A stretch of 64,000 bases of DNA from a virus: positions 1 through 64,000 of IMG/VR virus record IMGVR_UViG_3300009136_000002; one strand, 5' to 3'. Below, piece by piece: positions 46,301 through 56,315 of this stretch. Position 1 is the first letter of the stretch, and each line of letters starts with the position of its first letter. Position numbers and translations under genes: made by a program. The notes beneath the pieces are model-generated. The model was not told the origin of the DNA, did no database searches, and worked only from the letters and a program-made list of their open reading frames with translations.

Positions 46301-47289
46301 AAGCAGCCTCAATCAACTTCGATGAAGATAAGGTCGATAACTTCCTGGTTCACACAGGCCAGCATTACGATTATGGTCTGTCCAGGCAGTTTTGGAAACT
46401 GAGAAAGAAAGAGCCGGATCAGGTACTCAACTGTGCCAGCCATGATCCGACGATCCAGATGAAGTTGATGCTGGATCAAATCGCGCCGATCCTGATCCAT
46501 AGGAAACCCGACTATGTGATCGTGGTCGGCGATTGTAATTCTACCCTGGGTGGTGCTTTAACTGCGGAGCTACTGAAAATTCCGGTCATTCACATAGAGG
46601 CTGGATTAAGGTCGTTCGATTGGACTATGCCGGAGGAAAGAAACCGTTACCTGACGGATCACCTAGCCCAGGTGAATTTCTGTGTGACAGCCGAAAACAA
46701 GAGGCAGATCGAGAGGGAAACACATTTCCCCAGGCCCATGATGCAGCAATGGTATGGCTCACCGCCGAATCATAACTATGTGGTCGGTGACACGCTTTAT
46801 GATTCGATGATGTCCTTCATAGATGAAACCGTACCGATGCTGGGTGACTATTTCCTGGCAACAGTACACAGGGAAGCGAACGCAAATGAGCATATTGAGG
46901 AAATTCTGGATGCCCTGAATTCACTCGAACAGAGGGTCATTTTCCCCAAGCATCCACGCATTAAGCTGGAGAAAGAATATAAGAATATCGAAGTATTGAA
47001 ACCAGTTGATTATGTCACGATGTTAAGCCTACAGCTTGGCGCTGATATGATCTTTACCGACTCCGGCGGTGTTGGCCGTGAAGCTGTGTGGCTCGGCAAG
47101 CGATGTGTGATGCTGAGGGGAAATACTGAATTCCCTGAATTTGTTCATTCAGGCCATGTGGTACTGGCTGGTCACAGCAAGGAAGCTATAGTCGATGCTC
47201 AATTCGCGCATTGGCCCTCTGAGCCCTGCGATCACGGACAGGATGGCAACGCTGGAGCGAGGATAGCGGAGGTTATCTATGGGCTCTAA
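46249..47289 (+). CDS. wecB: UDP-N-acetylglucosamine 2-epimerase (non-hydrolysing)
   Basis: GTRPQFIK, VHTGQHYD, VVGD.NST, HIEAGLRSFD..MPEERNR, ATVHR..N, HPR, TDSGG, LR..TE. Confidence 0.92.
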   Translation: MGRSTSVTIIGTRPQFIKAASINFDEDKVDNFLVHTGQHYDYGLSRQFWKLRKKEPDQVLNCASHDPTIQMKLMLDQIAPILIHRKPDYVIVVGDCNSTLGGALTAELLKIPVIHIEAGLRSFDWTMPEERNRYLTDHLAQVNFCVTAENKRQIERETHFPRPMMQQWYGSPPNHNYVVGDTLYDSMMSFIDETVPMLGDYFLATVHREANANEHIEEILDALNSLEQRVIFPKHPRIKLEKEYKNIEVLKPVDYVTMLSLQLGADMIFTDSGGVGREAVWLGKRCVMLRGNTEFPEFVHSGHVVLAGHSKEAIVDAQFAHWPSEPCDHGQDGNAGARIAEVIYGL

Positions 47290-48193
47290 CTACGCTTACA
47301 TTGTAGCCGCCAGCGAGAATTACATTCCTGGCCTGATGGCAATGTTCAACAGCATGGAGCGGATCGGCAGTACGCACGATGTCATTCTAATTTCGTTCCG
47401 ATTGCCGGATTGGTTCTTTGAGGATCTGGAACAAAGAGCTTATCCATTTCACATAAAGCTGGTTGATTCTGAGGGTGAAAATCAGATCCATCAGACAGCC
47501 ATTGAGCGTTTCCGCGTGGCCTGTGAGGTCGGCACTACCTATGATGCCATTTGCTTGCTGGACGCGGATATGTGGGTCGAGGCTAATGTAGATGTGTTCT
47601 TCCTGGCTGCGAGTAAGGGACTGATCGTTACTGGCAGTAACGGCATGATTATCAACTTCAACAAAGCCTACCAGGAACAATACCAATGCTTTCTTGAGGC
47701 TGATGAGTGGCCGTATCCGCAGATCCATACGACTGTGCCGATCTTCATAGATACTCGCAACTTCGATTGGTTCGATGAGCTTTATAAGTCCAGGCGGGTA
47801 GATGCCTGGGATGATTTCCTGTACCTGAATCTCCTGGGGATCAAGCTCCGCAAGTACGAGAAGATGATCTGTATGCCGCCATACGCCTTCACCGGAATTC
47901 ATCATTGGCAGATGAAGCCGGAAACGGGAGTGATTGAGAAGGGTGATCTACTACTCTCCGGCACAGAAGAACAAGTCTACATGGTGCATGGTAAATGGTG
48001 GGATGAGGGCTGGCTGCAGGATCTCTTGCCAACAATGGCAGGATATTGGCTCGATGAAGGGATTAGTGAAAGAGGACAAGGAAGAACACATAATGCAATT
48101 AACTCCCTACTAAACCGTTTTCGCAGCTTGGTACAAGAAGGAGATCAATCATGGCAAACATTATTACAAGAGGGGGCGCTTTTCTTACCCTAA
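47279..48193 (+). CDS. GT-A fold glycosyltransferase (GT8-like)
   Basis: SENYIPGL.AM.NS, LLDADM DxD motif, VHGKWW. Confidence 0.65.
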   Translation: MGSNYAYIVAASENYIPGLMAMFNSMERIGSTHDVILISFRLPDWFFEDLEQRAYPFHIKLVDSEGENQIHQTAIERFRVACEVGTTYDAICLLDADMWVEANVDVFFLAASKGLIVTGSNGMIINFNKAYQEQYQCFLEADEWPYPQIHTTVPIFIDTRNFDWFDELYKSRRVDAWDDFLYLNLLGIKLRKYEKMICMPPYAFTGIHHWQMKPETGVIEKGDLLLSGTEEQVYMVHGKWWDEGWLQDLLPTMAGYWLDEGISERGQGRTHNAINSLLNRFRSLVQEGDQSWQTLLQEGALFLP

Positions 48194-48471
48194 CCTCGAT
48201 AGATACTGATGTTACGGCCTTTGATCTGTGGCCGGAACAATCCGTGGCTGGCATTCCAATTATCAGCATTGATTTCACAATTTCAGCCGGAACGGATAAA
48301 TGTGTTATCAGGGAAGGATCGCTGACAGGCCCGATAATCTTCTCGAACATAGCGGGTGAACACGTTATCAAACCATTTGGCGGAAAACCTGTGCGGCCAT
48401 GCCTGGACGTTTCAGAGGGCAGCTATGGTGCTACAGCCGCGCTAATCATTCACATCGGCGATACCGGATAA
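48151..48471 (+). CDS. Hypothetical beta-rich (possibly structural) protein
   Basis: AAGGAG RBS; small all-beta pattern. Confidence 0.55.
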   Translation: MANIITRGGAFLTLTSIDTDVTAFDLWPEQSVAGIPIISIDFTISAGTDKCVIREGSLTGPIIFSNIAGEHVIKPFGGKPVRPCLDVSEGSYGATAALIIHIGDTG

Positions 48472-48950
48472 TGGCTAAACCTAGAGACAGCGCAGGGAAA
48501 AAGAATTCCCATGCACGGCAACACCTGTTCCTTCAAGATCACGTTGTAGACGAGATCAGGATTAAGGAAATCGCTGAGAAAAGCGGTGTTGACTATGATC
48601 GCGTTGCCAAGTTACTGCGGGAATTGACAGGCCAGGACATTTCCAAGGAGCTACTGAAAAGCTCCTGGGATCTCATTAGGGTGCTACTTGCCGAAGCTGT
48701 AGAGTTGCGTGATCGAGTGATGATGATGCACATTATCAACGAGATCATAAAGCGCAAGGAGCCCAAACAGAGCCAGATCAAGACTGAGGGTGTAGTCGAT
48801 CACAAGGTCATGGTACTGGTGCAACAATTCGAGGATAAAACCCTTGAGGATCTCATCGCAAGAAGAGAATCTATTACCGTGGGAGAAGGAAAAGCTCGAC
48901 CAGCTAGAGCTATCCCTGATCGACGCGGTACTGGAAAAGAGAAATCCTGA
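48471..48950 (+). CDS. Probable terminase small subunit
   Basis: HTH IKEIAEKSGVDY; immediately upstream of and overlapping TerL; TAATG start. Confidence 0.6.
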   Translation: MAKPRDSAGKKNSHARQHLFLQDHVVDEIRIKEIAEKSGVDYDRVAKLLRELTGQDISKELLKSSWDLIRVLLAEAVELRDRVMMMHIINEIIKRKEPKQSQIKTEGVVDHKVMVLVQQFEDKTLEDLIARRESITVGEGKARPARAIPDRRGTGKEKS

Positions 48951-50484
48951 TCTTCTCTACGAGCTAAAGATCGAGCCATACAAGGCCGATCCGCTGGGGT
49001 TCGCCAGGGAAGTAATCGGCATGGAGCCGACTGAGGAGCAAGTCAAATTGCTCACGGCGATCCAGGCTGGCGATCATGTATCTGCGCGATCAGGCCGTGG
49101 AATCGGCAAGACTACAGGCCTTGCAATGGTGATTTGGTGGTACATGGTTACTAAGCCTCATTGTCGTATTCCCTGTACCGCACCAACTGAGAACCAACTG
49201 CGTGACGTTCTATGGGCGGAGCTGACGAAACAGCACCGACAGATGGACGAATACTTTGCTGACTTTTTTGAACTTACTACCGACAGGATCTTTCATAAAG
49301 AGCATAAAGCAACGTGGTTCGCCGTTGCTAGAACCGCACGGAAAGAGGCTTCCGAATCTTTTCAGGGTTTTCACGAAGAGAACATGATGTTTGTTGTCGA
49401 TGAGGCCAGCGGTGTGCCGGATGAAATCTTCGAGATCCTAGAGGGCGCAATGACCGATCTCGGTAACAAGGCGCTCCTGGTCGGCAACCCGACTAGGACT
49501 TTCGGTTTCTTTCATTCTACCCACCATGAATATGCAGATAAGCCCTGGAAGGTGTTCCATTTCAGTAGCGAAGATTCAGAATTGGTTAAGAGGAATCCGC
49601 AATGGCTGGAAAACATGGCTGATCGCCCAGGCGGTAAAACTTCTAATTTTTATCGTGTTCATGTACTCGGTGAGTTTCCCATTGAAGATGATTCGACTGT
49701 CATTCCATTGCCCTGGATAGTCGCGGCTGTTGACCGCGAGATCGAATACATCAAGCCGCTATCAAACAGGCCAGTTGATTCAGTCGGTGTCGATATAGCT
49801 GCTGGGGGAGACAACGATACGGTTTTCTGTTTCATAAAAGGTGTTCGAGTTATCGGCCTTGTTGCTTATGAGAAGGAAGAAAGTATGAAGGCGGCTGGCC
49901 GGATCGCTGGTCTGACACGCAGAGGGCCGGAGACTCGGAAGTATAAAGGCAGACGCAGACCGATTGAGCCGGAGCTTATCCGAATTGATGTCTGTGGTGT
50001 TGGCATCGGAGTCTATGAAAGGCTCTTGGAGCAAGGCCTTGATGTGATGGGAATTGATGTGCGTGAAGCTACGAGCGATCCCACATTGTACGTCAACAAA
50101 CGATCTGAGCTTTATTGGAAGTTAAGAGAGCATTTTGAGAGCGGGATGATAAGCATTCCCAATGACAAGGTTCTTATCCGTGAGCTGGCATCAATCAAGT
50201 ATGAGCTGGACTCGCGGGGAAGAATCTTGATCTGGAGTAAGCAGAGGATGAAGAAAGAAGGCATCAAGTCGCCGGACAGGGCGGAGGCTCTGATGCTGGC
50301 TTTCGCTGATTACTATCCAGACATAGAGAAGAATAAGCCGAAGTCATGGCAGCAGAAATGGATCGACCATACAGAGAAGAAGCCCGAAACAGATCCCTGG
50401 GAGAAGTACGCTCAGAAAGCAATGAAAGAAGATATAGGCGACATGATGTATTTCAATGATGAGATTGCGGAGTCTATATGGTGA
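48844..50484 (+). CDS. Terminase large subunit
   Basis: Walker A SGRGIGKT, TAPT..QL, QGFH, Walker B VVDEASG, GNPTR..G.F, VLGEFP, GVDIA..G.D, NKRSE, SPDRAEAL. Confidence 0.95.
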   Translation: MRISSQEENLLPWEKEKLDQLELSLIDAVLEKRNPDLLYELKIEPYKADPLGFAREVIGMEPTEEQVKLLTAIQAGDHVSARSGRGIGKTTGLAMVIWWYMVTKPHCRIPCTAPTENQLRDVLWAELTKQHRQMDEYFADFFELTTDRIFHKEHKATWFAVARTARKEASESFQGFHEENMMFVVDEASGVPDEIFEILEGAMTDLGNKALLVGNPTRTFGFFHSTHHEYADKPWKVFHFSSEDSELVKRNPQWLENMADRPGGKTSNFYRVHVLGEFPIEDDSTVIPLPWIVAAVDREIEYIKPLSNRPVDSVGVDIAAGGDNDTVFCFIKGVRVIGLVAYEKEESMKAAGRIAGLTRRGPETRKYKGRRRPIEPELIRIDVCGVGIGVYERLLEQGLDVMGIDVREATSDPTLYVNKRSELYWKLREHFESGMISIPNDKVLIRELASIKYELDSRGRILIWSKQRMKKEGIKSPDRAEALMLAFADYYPDIEKNKPKSWQQKWIDHTEKKPETDPWEKYAQKAMKEDIGDMMYFNDEIAESIW

Positions 50485-50744
50485 ATCCTGTAATTGTTCA
50501 AGCCTTAATCCTTGTTGGCATGGGGATAATCGTAGCGATTGTCCTCATTTTTTTTGGCTTTCTCCTGGGTAGAAGAACCCAGGGTGAAGAAACACTCCCT
50601 ATGACAGGTTTGTTCGGCCTCGACGATAAACCGCTAGAGGAAGATGTCTTTGAAAAGGCTCTTCGTTCACCGGAAGAGGGCGGTTACACGGACGAGGAAT
50701 TGGATGAAATGGCTAGGGCTAGACCTTATGAGGGGATGCAATGA
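50478..50744 (+). CDS. Single-TM hypothetical protein
   Basis: Hydrophobic N-terminal helix. Confidence 0.55.
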   Translation: MVNPVIVQALILVGMGIIVAIVLIFFGFLLGRRTQGEETLPMTGLFGLDDKPLEEDVFEKALRSPEEGGYTDEELDEMARARPYEGMQ

Positions 50745-51208
50745 GTTTAGTAGCGGAAGTCCAAGAGTTTCAAGAAACTAAGCGGGAATTCAAGGTTGCG
50801 TGTGCGAAATGTAGGCTGTGGATAGCCAATGCCAAGGCAGAAAATCTGGATCTGCCTCTCAGGGGCTCGATGTTCGAGCGGAGAGTTGGCTGTGAGCATT
50901 GGCAGATGCCAGAACCAGATGCAACGGGAATGGGTCTGATCTGTCCACAATCCGTTAGCGAGGATCAGTACGACCAGCACCTCTTCATCCCCCACATCGC
51001 TGGCAGAGAATTAGAAGCCAACGAGCTGTATGTCTATCAGTCGAGTGAGATATTTATCGTTGAAGAGAAAGAGGAGCCAGAACTGGAAGTAGACCTTGAA
51101 CTTTGTGCCTGTGGTTGCGAAATGGAAGCTGTTAGAGATCACAAGAATGGAAATAGGTATGCAACCGTGGGCTGTCATACACGATGGGTCTATCAACAAG
51201 AGGAATAG
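50741..51208 (+). CDS. Cys-containing hypothetical protein
   Basis: CAKC, CP, CACGC; ATGA coupling. Confidence 0.55.
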   Translation: MSLVAEVQEFQETKREFKVACAKCRLWIANAKAENLDLPLRGSMFERRVGCEHWQMPEPDATGMGLICPQSVSEDQYDQHLFIPHIAGRELEANELYVYQSSEIFIVEEKEEPELEVDLELCACGCEMEAVRDHKNGNRYATVGCHTRWVYQQEE

Positions 51209-51220
51209 GAGTTGACAAAA

Positions 51221-53221
51221 ATGGCAACTGTAGAGAGTAAATTGGCAAGGTTGGCAGCGCCCGATCTCGATGAAAAGGAGCGTCAACAGATCAATAGCCT
51301 TTTGCCGCCGGATGGCGACAAGAGTGTCGGCCACGTTGCCTTTGCAATCCTTGAACGGATTATCAAGGACAAGGACAGGAAGCGCCTACCTCAGAAATGG
51401 CATCGGAATTACGAAATGTATAGGAATCATCATTGGCGCTCCGGTGCGTCTGCTCCCATCCCCCTGGCCTCTATCAGCCTTGTGAATTCCCACATAGAGC
51501 GCACGGTCAACTTGCTCACGGATAACAATCCGACCTTCGATGTTATTGGTGAGAATGATGATATGGCTGACAGCCTTCACAAGATGGCTCGGTACTGGTG
51601 GAACGAGACTGAGCAGCAAGACATCTATGGTGACTCCGTGAAGATGGCAGAGGTTCATGGATGCACCATCGAGAAGGTGATATTCAATCCGGCACTCAAC
51701 AATGGCCTGGGTGAAGTCGAGACTATCGTAGTCGATCCACACAACTTCGGCTTTTGGCCGTTAAATGAGAAGAGAGCTGAGAAATGGGAAGTAGCGGCAC
51801 ACTACTACACCATGCCGATAAATCAGGTTCGTCGTAAATGGCCGGAAATGAAGGAAGTAGTCAAGCCTGATACCAAATGGAAAGAGCAACTTGGAGACAA
51901 GAGGCGCGAGGTAGTGGGCGGGAGTGTAAGGCCATTGCCAACTGGAGTTGGCGGTGACTTCGCCCAGGATCACGCCATCATGCACGGCAACCCTGCAGTA
52001 ATGAAAATCATGGGTCGTGGTGATGAGGTTTTGATTTTAGAGCTATGGGTCAAGGATTACAGTCTAATCGAAGTCGAGCAACAGGGAGCGACCATTGAGC
52101 TGGATCTAAGTACAGGGATCGTGGGAACGACAGAGCCAGCAATAGTGGAGAAAGTCCCTAAGTACCCAGGCTTTGTTCGTGTCGTTACCTCTTGTAACGG
52201 TGGTGACGTTATTCTTAACGATAGAAAGAATCCCAGCATCAATCCGACTTTGCCAGAAGAAAAAGTAGCAATGACCTTCTTATTCAATAGATTTCCTTTT
52301 ACTTTAACTCCTTCGACGAAAGATCCTGTAACACCCTGGGGCTATGCAGCTATCGAGCAACTAGAACAAATCAACATAGAGATCGACAAGTCCATGAGCC
52401 AGCTAAACTACATGAAGGATCGCATGGCTCGATCACCGCTTATCAACCCGAAAGACACCATGATCCCCAACTCTGATTTCAGCAACGCAGCCCGTATTGT
52501 GAGGCCGAAGAATAGCGTTGTTGCCAAGGCGATTAGATACATGGAGAGCCCCCCCGTTCAAAACGATATTCAGATCATCCTCAATACCTATCGTGAGCTT
52601 TTTGACAAGATCGCCGGAACCTTTGACCTTACCGATCCTTCTGTAATGAAGGGTCGTCTAGCCTTTAAGACTGTCGCGGCAATCCTAGAGAATATGCACA
52701 CTCTCATCAGGGGTAAGATCAGAACCTATGGCCGGATGCTGCGTGATCGAGGCAGAATGTATATCTCGCACGTTCAAAACTGGTACACAGAGGAAAGATA
52801 CTTCTTCCTGCAAGAGGATGGGATGCCAACGCAGGGTAGCTTGGTCGGGCCTGACTCAATCACTCCTCTGCATTTCCAGGTTGTTAGCGGTTCAACTATG
52901 CCAACTTCCAGGCTGCAACAGAGAGAAGAAGCGTTGCAGCTCTTCGAGGCCGGAGCCATAGGGATCAGGGATCTCCTTGAGTCTCTGGAATGGCCGGATC
53001 GCGCTGAGATTGCCAATAGGATGGAAGCGGGAGTTATGGGGCCGCTGATCGAAAAGATGCAAGCTCTTGGCGTAGATCCACAAGCCATAGAGGTTGTTCA
53101 AGAGATAGCCAACATGGATGAAAGCACCTACAACGCTTACGTCCAGCAAGTCAAAGAGCTGCAGGGTGAACAGGCTCAAGGCGCAGCACCCGCCCTACCA
53201 GCGCCAGGAGGAGGAGCGTAA
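51221..53221 (+). CDS. Portal protein (P22-like podovirus type)
   Basis: About 667 aa after TerL; W..NYEMYRN.HW, VDP.NF, FPF, WG...IEQL..I...I.K, V.SGSTMP. Confidence 0.85.
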   Translation: MATVESKLARLAAPDLDEKERQQINSLLPPDGDKSVGHVAFAILERIIKDKDRKRLPQKWHRNYEMYRNHHWRSGASAPIPLASISLVNSHIERTVNLLTDNNPTFDVIGENDDMADSLHKMARYWWNETEQQDIYGDSVKMAEVHGCTIEKVIFNPALNNGLGEVETIVVDPHNFGFWPLNEKRAEKWEVAAHYYTMPINQVRRKWPEMKEVVKPDTKWKEQLGDKRREVVGGSVRPLPTGVGGDFAQDHAIMHGNPAVMKIMGRGDEVLILELWVKDYSLIEVEQQGATIELDLSTGIVGTTEPAIVEKVPKYPGFVRVVTSCNGGDVILNDRKNPSINPTLPEEKVAMTFLFNRFPFTLTPSTKDPVTPWGYAAIEQLEQINIEIDKSMSQLNYMKDRMARSPLINPKDTMIPNSDFSNAARIVRPKNSVVAKAIRYMESPPVQNDIQIILNTYRELFDKIAGTFDLTDPSVMKGRLAFKTVAAILENMHTLIRGKIRTYGRMLRDRGRMYISHVQNWYTEERYFFLQEDGMPTQGSLVGPDSITPLHFQVVSGSTMPTSRLQQREEALQLFEAGAIGIRDLLESLEWPDRAEIANRMEAGVMGPLIEKMQALGVDPQAIEVVQEIANMDESTYNAYVQQVKELQGEQAQGAAPALPAPGGGA

Positions 53222-53541
53222 TGCCGTTGTATGACTATGAGTGTACTAATTGTAAGACGGAAATAGAGCTGCACACAGGCATGGAAGAGATCCCGCGCTG
53301 CAAAACCTGTCTCGGTGATATGAGAAGGTTAATCAGCATGGGTCATGGCGCACACAAGCGTAGTGATGCGCCTTGGATTCGCTCTGTGAACGGCTATCTG
53401 AATGATAAGGAATTTGTTGAAAAGGGTAGAGTCCCATTTATCGAAACCAGGGAGCAAGCCCGCGCTCAGATCGAGCGAGAGTATTCAGATCCACACCCAA
53501 GGGTACAGGAACTCAAGAGAGAGTACCTGGATAGATTTTAG
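53221..53541 (+). CDS. FmdB-like zinc-ribbon protein
   Basis: MPLYDYECTNC...CKTC...MRRLIS. Confidence 0.8.
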   Translation: MPLYDYECTNCKTEIELHTGMEEIPRCKTCLGDMRRLISMGHGAHKRSDAPWIRSVNGYLNDKEFVEKGRVPFIETREQARAQIEREYSDPHPRVQELKREYLDRF

Positions 53542-53550
53542 GGGGTCAGT

Positions 53551-53811
53551 ATGCCAACTATACTAGAAGGCGTTTCAAAGCCAGATGTCGGCACAAGGCC
53601 ACGGAGAATCAAGGCCGCTCCAAGCGTAAAACGTGCGGTGGAATTGAGAAAAAAGAAAGAGGCTGGGAGCTTGCGCCATCAAATTGATGTGATGAAGGCT
53701 GCGGGTGTTCCAGATCCAGAGATCGAGGAGTACATTAGAAAAGAATTTGCCAAGCGCGATGAGGACAGAGTAAGGCGCGAAGCTGCGGAAAGACTTGGCA
53801 CACCACCATAG
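53551..53811 (+). CDS. Small basic protein (possible internal head protein)
   Basis: Shares a C-terminal motif with 54715-55269. Confidence 0.55.
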   Translation: MPTILEGVSKPDVGTRPRRIKAAPSVKRAVELRKKKEAGSLRHQIDVMKAAGVPDPEIEEYIRKEFAKRDEDRVRREAAERLGTPP

Positions 53812-53820
53812 GAGTCCACG

Positions 53821-53982
53821 ATGCCTAGTCCAAGCAAGGGAGAGAAGCGAGAGGATTTTGTTGGTCGCTGCATCAGCACCTTGCGCCATGAAGGTGACGA
53901 GCGCGACAACCGAATACTAGCTGGTAAATGCTATGGCATTTACGATAATTGGAAAAAGAAGGGGGGGAAGAAAAATGGCTGA
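53821..53982 (+). CDS. Small head-region protein (53 aa, MPSPSKGEKREDFVGRC..., not in ORF track)
   Basis: AGGAG RBS; MP.P..GE...DF..RC...C pattern typical of small head-module genes. Confidence 0.6.
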   Translation: MPSPSKGEKREDFVGRCISTLRHEGDERDNRILAGKCYGIYDNWKKKGGKKNG

Positions 53983-54712
53983 AAAGAAAACCATCGGCGG
54001 TTTAGGGCAGAAAACTCCAGGGCAAATGTCGAGGCAAAGCGTCGATGTAAAAACTGGAAAACCCAAAGCTGGCCCATCGTACTGGCAGAGGCTCAAGAAA
54101 TATGCCACTCGTCACGAAAGACCGGAGAGAGAGCCACGAACCATGAGTGAGCGCCTGGGGCAAGTAAGCAGAACGGCTCAACGCACCTTTCCCCGCGAAC
54201 CAGAAACTAGGCCAGAAGGGATTATCGACATTCGTGAACAAGCTGCGAGGGGAAAAGGCCCAGCGTTGAAAGCACAGAAAGGAACCGCAGCCGCAGCCGT
54301 GAGAAGAAGGAGGCTGTCCCTCGAAGAGAAGCAAAGAAAGGGTATGCGTGTAACTGGAGCTGATGTTCCCTCGGCTGTACCAAAAGCGCAAAGGGAAGTC
54401 TCCACTAAGGTAGGCGAAATCAAACGAACAGAAGGCGCTACTGAGGGACATCTTGGAAAGTTTGTGGGCCGTGGATATAAGCCGCCGCCACCCAAGCCAA
54501 AAGCCAAACCCAGGCCAAGGGCAAAGCCCAAGCCAACCCCGAAGAAATCCTGGCTGGATAAGTTGATAGAAGGAACACAAAAGTTGAGTGCGGAAGCGAC
54601 AGCCGATGCACGAAAATACGAAGAAAGAAAGGCTGGCAAGAAGAAAGACGTAAGGAAAGTTCAAAAGAAACTTGAGAAGTTACCGCCCAAGCCGCCCAAG
54701 AGAAGGAGATAG
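53975..54712 (+). CDS. Highly basic Lys/Arg/Pro-rich protein (possible DNA-condensing/internal protein)
   Basis: Composition; location between portal and scaffold. Confidence 0.55.
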   Translation: MAEKKTIGGLGQKTPGQMSRQSVDVKTGKPKAGPSYWQRLKKYATRHERPEREPRTMSERLGQVSRTAQRTFPREPETRPEGIIDIREQAARGKGPALKAQKGTAAAAVRRRRLSLEEKQRKGMRVTGADVPSAVPKAQREVSTKVGEIKRTEGATEGHLGKFVGRGYKPPPPKPKAKPRPRAKPKPTPKKSWLDKLIEGTQKLSAEATADARKYEERKAGKKKDVRKVQKKLEKLPPKPPKRRR

Positions 54713-54714
54713 TC

Positions 54715-55269
54715 ATGCCAGAAGGATTCGGATACGGTGGTGATGAAGTAAAAGCAACCACCCACAATAAGACGTTAAAGAAGAAAGCCACATCGCAGAA
54801 TCCGCCACAATCTACCCTTGCTACTCGCGCCCAGGGTGAAACACCGCAGCAAAAGCAATTCAGGAAACAGGTTAAGTCTCAAGTTGGCGATACCTCGACG
54901 CAGAAAGATGTACTCAAAGCTGCTGGCCTGAAACAGTTGCCTGGAGCTGGTATCTCTTCCACTACAAGAGCCCCTGGGATTGGTCAGAAGGATACGCGGA
55001 AGTACGATGAAGTTGATCGCGCAATTATGCGTAACACCCCTCCCCCCGCTGGAAAAGAGCCAAAAGTTTCTCGCGCTGTGCAACAAAGGAAACACCCTGG
55101 CTTGCAAAGGATGGTTGATTCGATGAGAGCTGCAGGGCTTTCAGAACAGAAAATAAATCAATATCTCTCCGTACAATACTCTGCTGGCCCAGGAACGGAG
55201 AGAAGGGCAGAAAGGAGAGAGAAGTTTTTACGGCGGCAAGCCGCAGAGAAATACGGCACTCCGCCCTAA
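54715..55269 (+). CDS. Basic low-complexity protein (possible internal head protein)
   Basis: AAGGAG RBS; C-terminal RRQAAEKYGTPP. Confidence 0.55.
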   Translation: MPEGFGYGGDEVKATTHNKTLKKKATSQNPPQSTLATRAQGETPQQKQFRKQVKSQVGDTSTQKDVLKAAGLKQLPGAGISSTTRAPGIGQKDTRKYDEVDRAIMRNTPPPAGKEPKVSRAVQQRKHPGLQRMVDSMRAAGLSEQKINQYLSVQYSAGPGTERRAERREKFLRRQAAEKYGTPP

Positions 55270-55290
55270 CAGTAACCTTAATCTTGGATG

Positions 55291-55322
55291 AACCGCCATC
55301 TGCAAGGATGAGCGGTTTTTTT
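55291..55322 (+). terminator. Intrinsic terminator-like hairpin upstream of the scaffold gene
   Basis: AACCGCCATC-tgcaag-GATGAGCGGTT-TTTTT. Confidence 0.6.
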
Positions 55323-55344
55323 GTGTCCAAAGGAGGAACGGACA

Positions 55345-56304
55345 ATGGAACATAACGATGAACGTGACGCTAACGACCAGCGTGAACATGATGCCGATGC
55401 TGGTGTCGGAACGTCTGCCGACGATGCCGCAACCCACGATCTCGATCTGGATGATTTTCACGACCTCGACAAAGATCCGACTGACGAGTCGCTAAAAACG
55501 GACGACGAGGGTGTGCTGACGACAGACGAGCCGGACGCTGCTGCAGAGGAGGTTCCACCCTTCCATGAGCATCCCCGCTGGCAACAAATGTTGGCCGAAA
55601 GGGATGAACTCAAGGGACAGGTTGAGACACAGGGCGGAACCCTTGAGGAACAGGCAAGACGGATTGATGAGTACGATAGACACCTTCGGATGATGGATAC
55701 CCTGTCTCGGCAACAGCCGATGCAACAGGTCACGCCGGAGCAACCCGCAACGCCAGATCCCTTCGACGAGATCCTGTCGATGCCGGAAGAGGAGATAATC
55801 GACGAATTCCAGAAATCGCCCAGGCAATTTCTACAATCATTCGGAGAGAACATCACTCAGAAGGCATTGGCAAACGCCGAAAGCGTGGCGTATGCGAGGG
55901 CTCAGGACGATGCCATCACCAAAGGCATAGATCAGTTTGCTGACGATAATCCAGATTTCATGGACATGGTTATCGCTGGAGACATCGCTCGGTTCATTGA
56001 TCGCAATCCTATTCATAATGCCATTTCTGCCTACCACACCCTCAAGTCCCAAGGCAGCGACGAGGAGTACGACACGGAAATGGCTAATTACGAAAAACAA
56101 GTACGCGAGGACGAGCGCGAAAAAACCCTTGCATCCGTTCGCGCCAAGCAGGGAGCCCAGGTCTTAGATGGTTCCGCTGGCGCTGGAGGGCCAACTGCAG
56201 GGGCTAATACTGCCATTGATCCTGACTTGCAAGACACAGCGAAACATGGTGGTAAGCGGGCTGTCCTCACTCAACGCCTCAAAGCGTTTCGTGAGAGGTT
56301 TTAG
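55345..56304 (+). CDS. Capsid scaffolding protein
   Basis: Acidic disordered N-terminus, PFHEHPRWQ, coiled coil, directly before the MCP; AAGGAGG RBS. Confidence 0.75.
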   Translation: MEHNDERDANDQREHDADAGVGTSADDAATHDLDLDDFHDLDKDPTDESLKTDDEGVLTTDEPDAAAEEVPPFHEHPRWQQMLAERDELKGQVETQGGTLEEQARRIDEYDRHLRMMDTLSRQQPMQQVTPEQPATPDPFDEILSMPEEEIIDEFQKSPRQFLQSFGENITQKALANAESVAYARAQDDAITKGIDQFADDNPDFMDMVIAGDIARFIDRNPIHNAISAYHTLKSQGSDEEYDTEMANYEKQVREDEREKTLASVRAKQGAQVLDGSAGAGGPTAGANTAIDPDLQDTAKHGGKRAVLTQRLKAFRERF

Positions 56305-56315
56305 GAGGAACGAGC

